Assembly (NCBI RefSeq): GCF_009914755.1
Contig: NC_060926.1
Reading direction: 5' to 3' (one strand)
DNA from: the human T2T-CHM13v2.0 reference genome, Homo sapiens
Length of the DNA: 64,000 bases
The notes below the pieces were generated by a model. That model was given only the letters and a program-made list of their open reading frames with translations. It searched no databases and was not told where the DNA came from. Below are positions 38,106 to 53,345 of this stretch, one piece after another; position 1 is the first letter of the stretch; each line of letters begins with the position of its first letter. The position numbers and the translations under genes were made by a program.

Positions 38106-40152
38106 CAGCCACTCTCTTTAGATACACACAGTGGATGTTTTCACATGGACATTCTCACATGACTCGACCTCCTGGCAGCATTTATAACAGATCTCCCTCT
38201 CTCCCACTGAGCCCTGCCCTGGGCAGGGTGAGGGCCACTCTCCCAGAATCCTTCCACCTTCTTTGGTAGCTCCTCCATTTTCCTTGTCAGCCCATGGGCT
38301 GAGCCACTAAAGGGTGCAGCTTGTCCAGCTCAGTCCTAGGCATCTCTCCACTTTGCCTTTTGTTCCTAAGTAATTACATTCATGCCCTTTCTTAAAGTAT
38401 TATTTATAGGCTGTTGGCTCCCCTGTTTGTATTCCTACCAGTGCTTGTCTGAGTTCCAAACAGCTATATGATCTTCATAAAGCTCATTCTGGGAAGAACA
38501 TGTTATTATTACACCCATTTTCAGTTGAGAATTTACATGCCCACAATCATACAGCTGGCAGCATGGATTGCTGGCCAGGCTCTGTCCCTATCAGGGTCCT
38601 CTGGAGTCTCTGAGAAAGCCCTGAGATGCTCAGCGTGGAGGTTCTGTCTCCTTCTTGCTGCTGCTCCTCGCAGGTCAGGCAGGATCCTGATGAGAGTGTG
38701 GATGGTATGAGGGCTGCTGTGCAGGTAGCACAGTTGGACTGGCTGGTGGCTGAGTGAGGGAGGGAATTTGGTAAGAGAAAACTAAGAGAAAGATCAGTTG
38801 TATAAACTTGGAAATCATCAAATATGTATATTTTTCATTCATGGAAAGAGAAGGAAAATTGGGAAAAATTGGAATATGTACTTTTCATTTTTAGCACCTC
38901 TTAGAGATCTAATATCACTGCATTCATTTGCAAACATAAAATATATTACCTATGAATTATAATAAGGAAGAATAAAGCAGAACATTTTAGGCTTTGGGCT
39001 GGTAGAAGCTAGATTTTAATTCTTTATAGTTGTTAAACTTCCCTGCAGATTCTACTTTTTTGAGAACGTAAGTCTCATGTGTCTAACCTCCATTTTAAAT
39101 CTCTTTTTGGGCAATATAACATTTATTTAAGTTTATTTTTTTGCTTTCTCCCATTTCACTTAGTTTGTGAAATTTTAAGGACACAAAAGCCATGAGACTA
39201 TTATTCTCACCTCTCAGCTTTAACTGTCAATATATTTTTACTAAAAGAAAGGAAACATTACAAGGGTCTCTTCTGGCTCTCATCCTCTTTTCCATCTCTT
39301 GTCTCCTACACCCTTCCCAGAAACAGCCGCTGTCATGAGTTTAATCAGTCCTTTCTGCTTGTTAAAACATCTGAATACATATTCAGTTGCATTTATGTAT
39401 ATAACTGTGAGATTTTGAATATTTAAAAATGTATGTAGGCATATATTATTTTATAGTCTTGTTGATGAATAACTGATGCACAATGAAATACATATATTTA
39501 AAGTGTATAATTAGATGAGCTTTGATCTCTATATATACCCATTAAACTATCCCCACAATCAAGATAATGAATATATTTGTCATCCCTCCAATATTTTTGT
39601 GCTATTTTGCAATCCATCCTTTCGTCCCTTCTGCCCCATCCCTAGGTAACCACTCATCTGCTTTTCTGTCTATAGATTAGTTTGCCTTTTCTGTAATTTT
39701 ATGTAGATGTGATCATACAGTATGTAACTTTTGTGTGGCTGTTTTCACTTAGCATAATTGTTTTCAGATTCATCCATGTTGTTGCTTATGTTAATAGCTC
39801 TTTCTTTTTTATTACTAAGTAGTATTTCATTGTATCAATATACCACAATTTGTATGTTCCAGTCATCTGGTAATGGACATTTGGCTTGTTTCAACTTGGG
39901 GCTAGTATAATTAAGGCTGCAATGAACATTTGTGTATACATCTTTGTGTAGACATTGCTTTTATTTCTCTTGTTTGATTGTTGAGAAGTGGATCATAGAG
40001 TTTGGGTATATTTAACTTGAAAAACTGCCAACTGTTTTCCAAAGCGGCTGTGCCATTTACGCAGAAGCGCTTAAAAGATTTAGTTGTGTCACATCCTGTT
40101 CAACACTCAAGTATGGTCAGTCTTTTAAATTTTAGCTGTTCTAGTGGGTATG

Positions 40153-41194
<1,042 letters not shown>

Positions 41195-42042
41195 TAATTT
41201 GATAACTTATATTTATGTTGGCGTGTACATATATATGTATCTGTAAAACCATTATGGCTGTATACATATGATGGGTAATGAGCATGTCCATCATCTCTTA
41301 AGGAATTCTCATTTCCGTTTGTAATCTCTTCCTGTCTGCAGGCAGCCACTGATCTTCTTTCTGTCACTATAGAAGAGCATGCAATTTATAGAGTTTTATA
41401 TAAACAGAATCATACAGTATGTACTTTGTTTTGATCTGGTGTCTTTCACTCAATAATAATTTTGAATATCATTCATGTTATCACATGCATAAGTAGTTCT
41501 TCTTTTGTATTCTAAGTAGTAGTCTATCATATGGATATATCATGATTTGTTTATTCATTCACTTGTTGATGAAAATTACATGTTTACCCATTAAGTTATC
41601 AGTTCTGGATCTTTTTAGTTCCTTGCAGGGATCCAAATATTCACCTTGTATCATTTTCTTTCTGCCTAAAGGACTTCCTTTAACATTTCTTGCAGTGATG
41701 AATGCTAGTGATTAATTTTTTCGCTTTTGTATTCCTGAAAATAATTTTTTTATTTCACCTTTGTTTTGAAAGAAATTTTCACTAGGTATAGAATTATGGA
41801 TTGATAGTTTGTTTCTGTTGCTGCACTTGTTTTTTTTTCTATTTGTAAATCTGCTGTCATACTTATCTTTATTTCTGCGTATATGATGGATATTTTGTTC
41901 TGGTTGCTTTTAAGATTTACTCTTTATCACTGATTTTGAACAATTCAATTCTGATGTTCCTTCATGTAGTTTCATCATGTTTCCTGTGCTTGGGTTCTTT
42001 GAGCTTCTTGGATCTGTGATTTCATAGTTTGTGTCAAAGTTG

Positions 42043-43463
42043 TATTGCTGGAGGGCTCAGGAGGGTCTCCGGATGCTGGTGAGTCTCCAGCCCCAGCCAG
42101 TGTCCACGTTCTTGACACCATCACGAGAAAGAATTCAGGGACAAGTCAGAGTGAAGTGAAAGGCAGGAAGTTTTTATTGCAAAGCAACAGTAGACACTTA
42201 AGGGAGAAGTATTGTCTCTCTTTATTTTGAAGTCCTGGGGTACGTGTGCAGGATGTGCAGGTTTGTTACATAGGTAAATGTGTGCCACAGTGATTTGCTG
42301 CACCTGTCAACCCATCACCTAGGTATTAAGCCCAGCATGCATTAGCTATTTTTCCTAATGCTCTCCCTCCCCCACCTCACCCCTGACAGGCCCCAAATGT
42401 GTGTTGTTCCCCTCTCTGTGTCCCTGTGTTCTCAGTGTTCAGCTCCCACTTATAAGTGAGAGCATGCAACATTTGGTTTTCTGTTCTTGCATTAGTTTGC
42501 TGAGGATCATGGCTTCCAGCTCATCCATGTCCCTTCAAAGGATATGATCCCATTCTTTTTTATGGCTGCATACTATTCCATGGTATATATGTACCACATT
42601 TTCTTTATCCGTTATATCATTGATGGACATTTAGGTTGATCCCATGTCTTTGTTATTGTGAGTCTATAAGGAGCTTAAACAAATTTACAAGAAAAAACAA
42701 ACCCCCATTAAAAAGTGGGCAAAGGACATGAACAGACACTTCTCAAAAGAAGACATTCTTGCAGCCAAAAAACATATGAAAAAAAGCTCAACATCACTGA
42801 TCATTAGCAAAATGCACATCAAATCCTCAACGAGATACTGTCTCTCATGCTAGTCAGAATGACGATTATTAAAAAGTCAAGAAATAACAGGTGCTGGCGA
42901 GGTTGCAGAGAAATAGGAATGCTTTCACACTGTTGGTAGGAATGTGAATTAGTTCAACCATTGTGGAAGACGGTGTGGAAGATCTCGAAGATCTAGAACC
43001 AGAAATACCATTTGACCCAGCAATCCTATTGCTGGGTACATACCCCCCAAAATAGAAATCATTCTATTACAAAGATACATGCACCCGTATGTTCATTGCA
43101 GCATTATTTGCAATAGAAGTGCTCTCTCTTAAGAGAGAAGGGCATGCTTGTAAGAATGAATCACACACAAGAGAATTTTGGTTTCTAGTTTTATGAGCGT
43201 TTCTTTAGTTAGGAAGTGAAATAGTCATAAGGTATTCTGGAAAAGGACAGGATTATAGGGACCTCCGAGTTATCACCCCCTTTCTCCTTTGTTTGGATGT
43301 GCGCAAGGGTCATGGACATGTCTCCTGGATCAGCATTTTGGCTGTTTTCTCTCCCTTAGTTTAGGTTTACTGTTATCCTTTGGTTTCTTTGCCTAGTTCC
43401 TGTTTTAACTGCTGTTTGGGTCTTTCCAGCCTCCTGTGACTACCCAGTGCTATTCCTATCTCA
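42043..43463 (-). mobile_element. ERV1 solo LTR split by an L1PA insertion
   Basis: 4-bp TSD GTTG at 42039-42042 and 43464-43467; ends ...attcctatctCA. Confidence 0.7.
42221..43114 (-). mobile_element. L1PA insertion with 5' inversion (twin priming)
   Basis: The 3' UTR is on the - strand (42221-42661) and the adjoining ORF2 piece on the + strand (42663-43114). Degenerate TSD agaagtattgtctct/agaagtgctctctct. Confidence 0.85.
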
Positions 43464-43889
43464 GTTGGAAATTTAAAAATCATGATTTCTTCAAACATTT
43501 TTTCTGCCCCTTATCCTCTGTTTAGAAACAAATAGAGGATAAGAGCTAAGTCTCTAAAGTTATTTTTTCTCTCTGTGTTTTTGTTTAAGATAGTTTATAC
43601 TGTGCTGTATTCAGGCTCATTTTTTTTTATCTTATGCAATGTGTAATCTACTTTTAATCCCACCTAGTGTATTTTTATCTTAAATATTGTAGTTTTCAAC
43701 TCTAAAAGTTCATTTTGGATCTTCTTATATCTTCTACATCTCTACTTAATATGTTTAATCTTTCACTTGTTGAACATACGGAGTACTTAGTAAACTGTCC
43801 TTTTCTGTTAATTATAGTATCTTTGCAAGTTTGGGTCAGTTCTGAAGTGTTGATTTATCTCCTTTTTATGGGTCATATATATATATGTA

Positions 43890-44180
<291 letters not shown>

Positions 44181-47100
44181 TTATAGGTCATATTTTACTG
44201 CTTCTTTGATGGCCTAGAAAATTTCAATTGAATGCTAGACATTGTGAATTTTACCTTGTTGGGTGCTAGATATTATTTTTGTGTTTCTAGATATTAATAT
44301 TTTGTGTTTTTATAACTAGTCGAGCTGTGTGCTGGGATGTGATTAGGTTACTTGAATACAGTTTGATCCTTTCAGATTTTCTTTCAAGATGGGTTAGGCG
44401 GGAACAGAACAGCATTTATCCCTCTACTAAGGCAAGACACTGTGTACTCTACCAATGCTCCATGAAATATGAAGTTTTCCCACCTGACTGGTGAAAACTG
44501 CTCCTGGCCCTGTGTGAGTACTGGGACTTTCCTGTCTCTCTTTAATGTGCTTATGCTCTTCTCTACCTTCTTTAACATATAAAATAAATTAATCATAACC
44601 ATTTAATGTCTGCTAATTTTATCATATGTATACTTTCTAGGCCTGTTTCTGTTGATTGCTTTTTCTTTTCATTATGAATAATATTTTCCCGCCAATTTTC
44701 AAGGCTGGTAATTTTTTAATGGATGCCAGACATTTTGAATTTAACCTTGCTGGGTTTGATCATATTTTAATATTTATTTAAATGTTCTTGAATTTTTTTC
44801 TGGGACACAGTTAAATTACTTGGACACGGTTTCATTCTTTTGAGGCTTCCCTCAAAGCTTTGTTAGGCATGTCCAGACAAAGCGGGCAGGCTTTAGTCTC
44901 AGTTAATTTGAACTTATTATTGAGGAAATATTCGTTTGAGTACTCCATATGCGTTACAAGGTTGTTCCACTCTGGCTGGTGGAAACATAAATGATTCCTG
45001 TCTTTGGGTGAGCTTTGGACATCATTCCTTCTGTTCTTTTCCACATATTGAGTAATATCCTTACATGTATGCACTGATCGGTACTCAGCTAGTGACGTCA
45101 GGGCAATCTTCTGCGGGTCTCTGGAGCTCTCGCTGTCTCTCTGTAAAGCTCTCTTTTTCCCTACAACTGTCTCCTCTCTGATACTCTTGCCTACATATCT
45201 GTGTTAGTGTTCCTAAATTTTCAACTTGGTTTTCTCAACTCAGGTGAACGCCAGTCTCTGTTGGGTTCTGCTTCTTTGTGCTGCAGCTATGCCCTTACTA
45301 TGCCCCTTAGTAAACTGGGGCAATTCTAAGACTCAGCTCATTTCACCGCTTTTCTCAGACACGACTATCTAGTGCTGTCTGTTATCCAATGTGTAACAAA
45401 CAATGCTTTGTATATTTTGTCTGATTCCTAAGTTGTTTAATGCGGAAGGGTGTATCTGAATCTTGTACTTCATCTTGGCTGGAAGTGGACAGAAGTCAAT
45501 CTAGCCTTTGACTTTTGCCACCTATGTAAGAGTCCACAAATAATAGCATAGTGTTTAAGAGCATGGGCTCTGGTTACTAATTTGAGTATCATTCCTTTTT
45601 ATTTATGTAACCTCTCCTTAATCTGTACCATGGAGCTAATAATTATATCTCTTCACATAATTATGACAGGGAGCATTTGAGTCAACTCCTAAAAACATAA
45701 TTAGCCTAGTGCCAGACCCACAGGAAGTACCCAACACGTGTCAGCTTTTATTAATAATTAAGCACTTTTACATGAGTGCTCTGGATATTTTTCAAAAAGC
45801 ATCTTAATATTTTGGTGGATTTCTGAAATGCCATTACTGGGCCAATGCTTGGCTGTTTTAAATTTTTTTCTAGTCTCTTGTCCTTGGATCTTTCAAATCT
45901 GTAGCTATTAATACATGGCAGGCAGCCCTGCACACCTATGGCCACATTTCCACCTGTTCCCTGCAGCCAAGGAGAGGCCACATTAGTGCATCCACTGACT
46001 GTGCTCCTGATTAGGAGGGAAGGGGGCAGGTGATCCATGGAAGGACAGGGGCTAGAAAATCAAGTGTGAAACTCAGAGCCTTAAGCGAGTTTGTCAGCTT
46101 GGTCAATGGAAGATAATCCTCTGGTGGTTCCCAGCCCAGGCTATACATCAGAGTCACCCAGGAGGCATGCCATTGGACAGCAATCCCATTCTAGGAAAGT
46201 CTGATTCAGCTGTAAGAGGCAGAATCCTAGGATCTGTACCCTTTAAGCACCCTAGATGACAGCCAGGTTTGCCTTCTAACAATTCCTCACACCTGGTAGC
46301 ACCTTGGATCTCTGTCCCCCAAACCCCATCTCAGGATCACCAGGCAAACTTTGAGAAATAGCAGTCCTGAAGCTCCATTCTCAGGGATTCGGGTGAACAA
46401 GTGCTATAGGTGATTCTGAAGAGCAGCTTGAGTTGACATCCATTTGTATAGGACAGAGTTTCTCAGGCTTTAACTTGCATCAGAATCACCTGGAGGACCT
46501 GTTGAAATAGATTGCAGGGCCCCATTCCCAGAGTTTCTAATTCATACATAGCTCTGGAGGACCTGATAATTTACATTTCAAACAAGCTTCCAGTGATGCT
46601 GATGTGCTAGACTGGTGGACGGCACTTTGAGAATGACTGGTTTGGAGTTTCAGAGTTCACAAGGCACTTGTACCTTCATTTTCTCTGTTAACCCTGAAGT
46701 CAAGCCTGCAAGGAGCCACAATGAGCCCTGACTTACGGGAGCAAGAGATAGAGGCTTAGGTGAAGTCACTTACCCAAGCTTTTCAGTCCTTCAGCCAAGA
46801 ACCGTCTCACACTGACTGGGCGTGACAGCATCCTGGTGCAAGGAACTCAGCTTAAGGTGCTAACACTGCAGGTGGCTGTGGATGAACTCGGCCCTGTTAC
46901 CTGTCACCAGATAATCCAGAAATCTGCTTTCTCCCAGAAACTCAAGCTAGGAAATTCTCCAGATTATCCTATTGGTGAATGTGGCTAAATCCTGGCCACC
47001 TTCCCAAGGAGTCTGTACTGCCGCTCCTGGTAGGTTCCACCCAAACCCTCCTGGGCCCCTTGAATCCTCTTCTCTGTCCCAGCCCATACCAGAGGCTCAT

Positions 47101-47599
47101 TCATCCTTCATGCAGTTAATAGGGTGCGTTGGAGCCTCACTCTGTGCACCCTGGTCCAGGAATATCTGCCCTGTTTGCATATCTGGAGCCTTCAATGCAG
47201 CCAACACTGGCTCACTCTGAGAGGTGAGAGAATCACTGCTGTGCCCCGGCCCAAGTGGAGGAGGGTGGGGAAGGGAGGGCAGGACCCAGGGAGATTTCAT
47301 GCAGCGGTGAACATTTAAATTTAATGATCCTCCTCAGTTTTGAAGTCCATTGGCCAGGAGTCTGTGTATTGTTTTTGTAAGTGTGTGTGCTATGTTGTAG
47401 GAGGAAGGAATATGACTTTCCTCAGACTTACACTCTTGCTGCTGCTATCTGTCTTTGAAAATGGGGACAAAATTGATTATTTTCTTTATCCTTGTTTGCA
47501 TCAATCACCCAGGCCATCGTCATCTCTTGCACTGTAATTTTGATATGGCTTTTTGCATCTTCTGCTCCAATTCCATCCACTCCTCTCCACCTCCAGGGG

Positions 47600-50500
47600 C
47601 TCTTTCAGGGTGTCTCTGGAATGCTTGGTTCATCCTCAGCATGTTTCTGCACCTCTTTAACCCTTCCCTTCACCCTCCTGCTCTTACTGAAACCTGGCTC
47701 TGCCTGAGAATACTGCTTTATCTCAGTCCTTTCCAGGGGTGGCTGTCTTTTTTCCTCCCTTAACCCTTATGTCACAGGGCCCAGGGATGGAGTAAGGTCC
47801 TCCTCGATGCTTCCAGATCATTCTTCCTCCTCCAATTCACTGCTGTAGCTCCAACTCCCGCCGCCCTCTAGTGTGTCCTCTTAATGGCAGTCATTCACCA
47901 TCTTCCTGTCCCTCCCCTTCATTTCTTGGATGGTGACTGTCACTTTGCTGCAACAGAACCCTGTCCCAATCCTTGATGGTTCAATACACACATAGACATT
48001 CTTTTTAACAGGGCGGCCTCTCAGGTCTTTAATTTTCTTCCCTCCAATAACCTTGTGATGATCCCCCAGCTTAGCCACTTACTGCCAGATCATTACCAGT
48101 AACTCCAGCCCCTCCTTAATTCTAGTTTCTAATATCCTAATCTGTGACCTCACATTCCAACTTCTTCATTCTTATCCCCTGAGTCAAAAAATCCTTTGAT
48201 CCATGCAATCCATTAAGTCATCTACCTTTTCACCATTCTTCGCCCCACTAGGGTTCTCATTCCTTTATTACCCAGATGAAATTCCAAGGCCTGTTGGAAT
48301 CACTCCCTTGCAGCCACTGTCAATACTTCTGCCCCTTTTACTTCATCACCCTTATGTGGCAAAACCACAGCCCTGGTTGAGTCCAGCCTTACCCCTGCTC
48401 TGTGCCAGCACCCGCACACGCATGGCTGATGGAGGTTGGAAAAATCCACACATGCACAGGGCCCTGTATGTCAATATACGTTTCCAACCTCCAGCCTTGC
48501 ATATGCCTCAGTGCTGCCTGGCAACACATTATATGTTTTCCTTAGTTCCTTCAGTCTCCTGGGTTCCTAGGTGAGTATCTCACACATTCTTCTCTCTCTG
48601 CAAACCTCCAACACCTCCACGTCACTTTCAACTGATGACTTTGTTTCCTATTTCACTTGAAACACAGAGGCAAACATAAACAAATCCCACCCACTGCCAC
48701 CACTCTGCCCATCTGCCAGCATGGCACCCCCCAATCTAGGCCTTTCCTGCTGTCACTTGGGGTGGGCTGACTATACTCCATCCAAGTCCTTTTTACTTAT
48801 GCACTCGTATCGTACCCTCTCACCTGCTCAGGACGTGCCTCTAGCAAGTCCTCTCATGCTCCGGCAACATCATGGTTCCTCTTCAGCAGACCAGTTATAC
48901 TGGCACAAAGCATGCAGCTGTTCCTCCCATCTCCACCACCCTCTCCATCTCTTTCTCACGTTGCTCTATCCTTAATTATAGCAAAACCCATAGGAAGTGT
49001 TATAGAGACCCCCCTTTCTGTAATTTCTCCTGTTCTATTTTAAACTTGCCCCCAAAGTACACACCAAAGTGGCTGTAGTCTCCGCCACTGCACCTAAACT
49101 TCCCTTGCTGAGGTCATCACCAGCCTGCACGTGGCCAAACCCACTGCTGTCTCTGCTCTCCTCTTATTTGACTTTTGAGTCATGTGAGCACATAAATGAT
49201 CCAAACGGCAACACTCCTAAGAAATGGTTGTACCTGGACAAGAGGCATAAATTGGGGCCGTCTTAGGAAAGCAGATATACAGCCATCCTACCTTTAGGCA
49301 CTCACTGTTGGATGCAATTGGTCACTCTTCCTTGGGACCTTTCCGCCATTGGCTCCACTATACGCACTCTCCTGGTTTCCTCCCCTCTAGCCGCTGTCTT
49401 TGGTCTCCTTTCTGATTTTGCTGCGTCCTCTGTCCCCTGAATGATTGCTTCTCCACTACGGGGTGATTTTGCTCCCCAGGGGACATTTGGCAATATCTGG
49501 AGAGGTCTATGGTTGTGTTTGAGGGTGTTGCTACTGCCATCTAGTGGGGAGAGGCTAGAGATGCTGTTAATGCCCAGGACAGTCCCCATAACACAGAATT
49601 ATTCAGCTCAAAATATCCATGGTGCCAAGATCAAGAAACCCTGCTCAAATATTAGCATGTGCTGAAGGCCCTTCTCTTTCCTTTAGCAATATCTGCCTCC
49701 TTAGGGATCTTTTCTAGTCTCAGTGGTTTAACATTTAAAATCCCAAATTAGGCAATAAATTGGGCCCCAAACTTCGTTAGTATAAAATGTAGAACTGTGT
49801 TATTAGAAGGCTAATAAAATGACCTGGTGAGCATCTGCAGCTAGCCTCTGAGCAATTCTGGGGACCACGTGCAAGATAAATCCATCTGTTCCCTCTCTGT
49901 AATGTGGCGCTACCTTGTGGCCGATTTTTCCTCGGGTTAAATATCTCTGGGGATGCAACTTGTCGTGGTTAATGGCTGTGTGAGGCCAGCGCGTGGTGAT
50001 AAAGGAATCAATCAAGACAATATTGAATTTAGAAAGGCAGATTTATTTAGAGAAAAGGAGAGATACGTTGCAAGGGAGCAATGGGCAATACAGCAGAGGG
50101 AAGGCTGTCTGCAAAGAGGCAAGGGCTACGTATGACGTAGGGCTGCTTAGGCTGAATGCTTGCAGACAAGATGCTTGCGTGCAGGTGGGCTGTGAGCTGA
50201 GTGCTTGGGTGCTAGTGAGCCATTGGCAGCTGACCCTATTTCTTGGAACATTCGCTCCCTGCAAGCATTTTAATGTTAAACCGCCAGGTCAGTTTGAATT
50301 TTCTTTTTTCTTTTTTTTTTTTTTTTTTTGCCTTTAGTAGGACCTGCCGTTGTGAGACTATCTGAGGTAAATTAGACACCCTCCTGGTTTAAGTCACCGC
50401 TCCAGTGACTAGGCAGGGAGCTCTTCCTTGAAGAGGGTGTGGGCAGTGGGTACTTTGCATGTTGTCCACACCAGGCAAGCTGCTGCTTCAGGGCCTTTGC

Positions 50501-50870
50501 ATTTGCTCTTTTCTTTGCCCAAAATGCACTTCTCTCACTGTTCACATGATTTTTCTCCCTCTTTTCCTTTTAGTCTTTGCTTAAATATCACCTTCTAGGG
50601 AGGCCTTCCCACACCACCTCTTCAAGATTTGAGGGTATGCACCCCCACCCCTAGCCTTCTTATCCCTCTCCACTGCTTTCTTCTCAAAGCACTTGTTACG
50701 TTCAAATAAAATAGATTAGTTACTTTATAGTTCTAATTTTACTATTTTTTGTTTACTTCATCAATACCCATGTAATCTCTGGAAGGAACGTTTCTTTTTG
50801 TAGTGTATTTCTAGCACCTAGAACAGTACTTGGCACATGGCAGGTGTTCAAAAGTATTTGTTGATTATTT
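47600..50870 (+). mobile_element. Long degenerate L2 with later insertions
   Basis: LTETWL endonuclease-like motif near 47685; aaaaccacagccctggttgagtcc; L2 tail ctagcacctagaacagtacttggcacatggcaggtgttcaaaagtatttgttga. Confidence 0.65.
49440..49645 (+). mobile_element. MER20 hAT-Charlie element carrying a CTCF motif (49534-49547, - strand)
   Basis: ggggtgattttgctccccaggggacatttggcaatatctggaga...gctactgccatctagtggg...gaaaccctgc. Confidence 0.85.
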
Positions 50871-52909
50871 TCTCAAAGGGCATGGAGTCTTAGAAGTTTG
50901 AGAACACAGTTCTAAGCACAGCTGTTTAGAGACTATGGATGATGCTAATGGCTGTATTCCCAGTAGGTGGGGCAATTCTCAAATTGACCTGGAATCCTTG
51001 AGATCTGGGGACAGTCACCAAGCACTGGGTTCTGTGGGGAGAGATGTGCTGGTTTTTAGAGAGGAGAATAGCATCCTGGGGGACTTGGCCCCAGGGCTTT
51101 CCTGTCCCAATCTCTTCCCAACTGAGTCCCAGAGGCAGGAGGCCTTGTCTGTAGCTGGTCAGTCCTGTAACTGTTTCCCTCCCATCTACACAGATGCAAA
51201 GAAGGCTGAGAAAAGCAAGCTGTCAGGTGAGCAGGGGCCCTGACTCCTCCCCAGAAGGCACTAAGAACTTCCATAGGGCAACTGGAAAGAAGGTTCTACT
51301 TCCTCACCGGCAGCTGTTGCTGGGGAAAAAACCAGCCTCAGGCCCTACCCTGTGCTGAGAACCTGAATCCAGTATCAGGTTCTCCAACAAACTTGGATCC
51401 AGCTGACCCTCACAAGGGGTCAGATGCAACCTTGTAGCATATGGAAAATGGCAGCAAGGTCCTTGTGTGGACTATGCCTAGAATCTAAATTAAGACAAGG
51501 CCTCAGAGGGGCTAAGTGACATCTGTCTCCAAAGTTTCACAGCTAGTGTGTGACTAAATCTTGATTCCACCCTCTCAGGTTTTACCATAATCCCAAAAAA
51601 GGTTGAAACAAGAAAAGTTATCTTTGGGCAATTACCTCTTTCTGTTCCTTGCTTTACCTACTAATGTTCTAGGCTCACCCTCTGGTCTGCAATCTCACTG
51701 AACTGACAGATCCCTCATGGCCTAAAGGGTTTTCACACTGGGTTGACTAGGCTCTCCCATTGCCTGTCCTACTGTCTAAGGCACCTCCTGGGTAGGGTGC
51801 CCAGCGTCATTCTGATGCTGCCTGACTTTCCTTCCAGCTACTTTTGAAACTTGGTATCCATGGCAGAGGCTTAAAGGGCATGTTCCAGGTACTTTTATTT
51901 CCAAATTCCCCAGTGGCATCAAGGAAATCAGCATCTCTGGATAGCTCTACTAAGGCTTAGTTCTCATTGTCCAATCTAGCTCCTGGGTCATGGGAGGCAT
52001 TCAGGAAATATTTGAGTGTAAGAGTGAGTTGCTTTACCTCCAGAATATCCTTCCAATGGCTCTGAAGCAGGCTGTGGAGTCCTGCTGGCTGATCACAGTT
52101 CACAGGTGGCTCCCAAACCTGTGGTCTACATCCATCCTTTGTCAGTGTCACTGCCATTGTCCCACAAATGTCATTTGGGCCTAGCCCCTGGGATAGTAAT
52201 CAGTCTTTACATAGATATACATTGTGCTTTACATCCACAGTAATTCTGAGTGGACCTTAAAATAAATTCCATGTCAGGTCTCACCAGCCCATGGGTTACA
52301 GATGGGGTTACCTTTCAGCCTTGTAAGGTGCCCCGTCTTTGAGTGTAGACATGGACTCACAACGAGTCCACTCCTGCTGTTCCTCTGCTCTTGCTGAGGC
52401 TTCTGCTGCTGCTGCTGCTGCTTTGCAGAGGCTGGCCAGCTGTGGTGCCTGAGGCACCTGTGTCTTCACAGCACCAACTTGCATGGTGGCCACGGTGTAG
52501 TTGGAAAGGGATGCTTAGATGGGAGGCCAATGGGAGCTGCTTCAGGAGGCAAATCCAAGTCACAGAGATCGAGTCACCGAGAGCATAGTAAACTCAAAAT
52601 CCCTTCTTCTGCTTAATAACTGAGATGCTGTCACTGGGTTAACCTCACCAAGCCTTGTTTTGTCTTCACTTAGAGTGATTTCTGTCTTAGAAGGCTCCTC
52701 ATATCCTTCTGGGGAAGGCTTCTAGTGAGTCCACAGATAGCTGGACCAGGCATGTCCAGAAATAATCTGATTCTCACATTTGAGTTAGCCAGCGTTCCCA
52801 GCTATATCCCCATTTTGTGTCTATATAAGTTACCAAAGCCCACAAGGATATTAGGTGGCTCCTTAGTTTGCTTTATGATTATGCCTTGTGTGTGTGTGTG
52901 TGTGAGTGT

Positions 52910-53345
52910 GTACGCCTATGAGGATTCCTTCTCTCCCGTTCTTGCTATGGCTTCTCTTCCCCACTGATGGGCTGTAGTTCCCTGTCCTTTTGACTTTGGG
53001 CTTAGTCATGTGACTTTTTTGCCAAGGGAATGTGGGCAGAAGTAACTGGGAGCCAGTCCCAAGCTAAGGCCTTGGGAAGCATGGTGAGCCTATGCCAGCT
53101 CCCTCAGAACTCCTTCCCTTGGCCATGAAGAGAGAATAACCTGGATTGTACCTTCAGCCCATGTCCTAGAATACAAACATGGAGAATAATGAACTTGACT
53201 CAAAGGCTGAAGGGCAGCTGAGCCCACATGAGGTCAATTGAACTGCAGCTACCTACAGACCTGAAAGTGAAATAAACATGTATAAGTCTCTGACGTTTGG
53301 GGTTTGTTTACATAGCATTATTGTAGCAGAAACTTAAATAATACT
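52910..53345 (+). mobile_element. MaLR LTR (MLT1I/J-like)
   Basis: ttgactttgggcttagtcatgtgact...gaaataaacatg...ggggtttgtttacatagcattattgtagca. Confidence 0.6.

Noticed and set aside
44200-45020. Two similar ~300-bp units (atgc-agacatt-tgaattt-accttg-tgggt)
   Set aside because: Consistent with internal subrepeats of old L1M elements rather than a locus-specific duplication.
52391-52588. Signal-peptide-like ORF LRLLLLLLLLCRGWP
   Set aside because: Starts at TTG; the poly-Leu comes from a short (CTG)n tract; no exon structure or homology.
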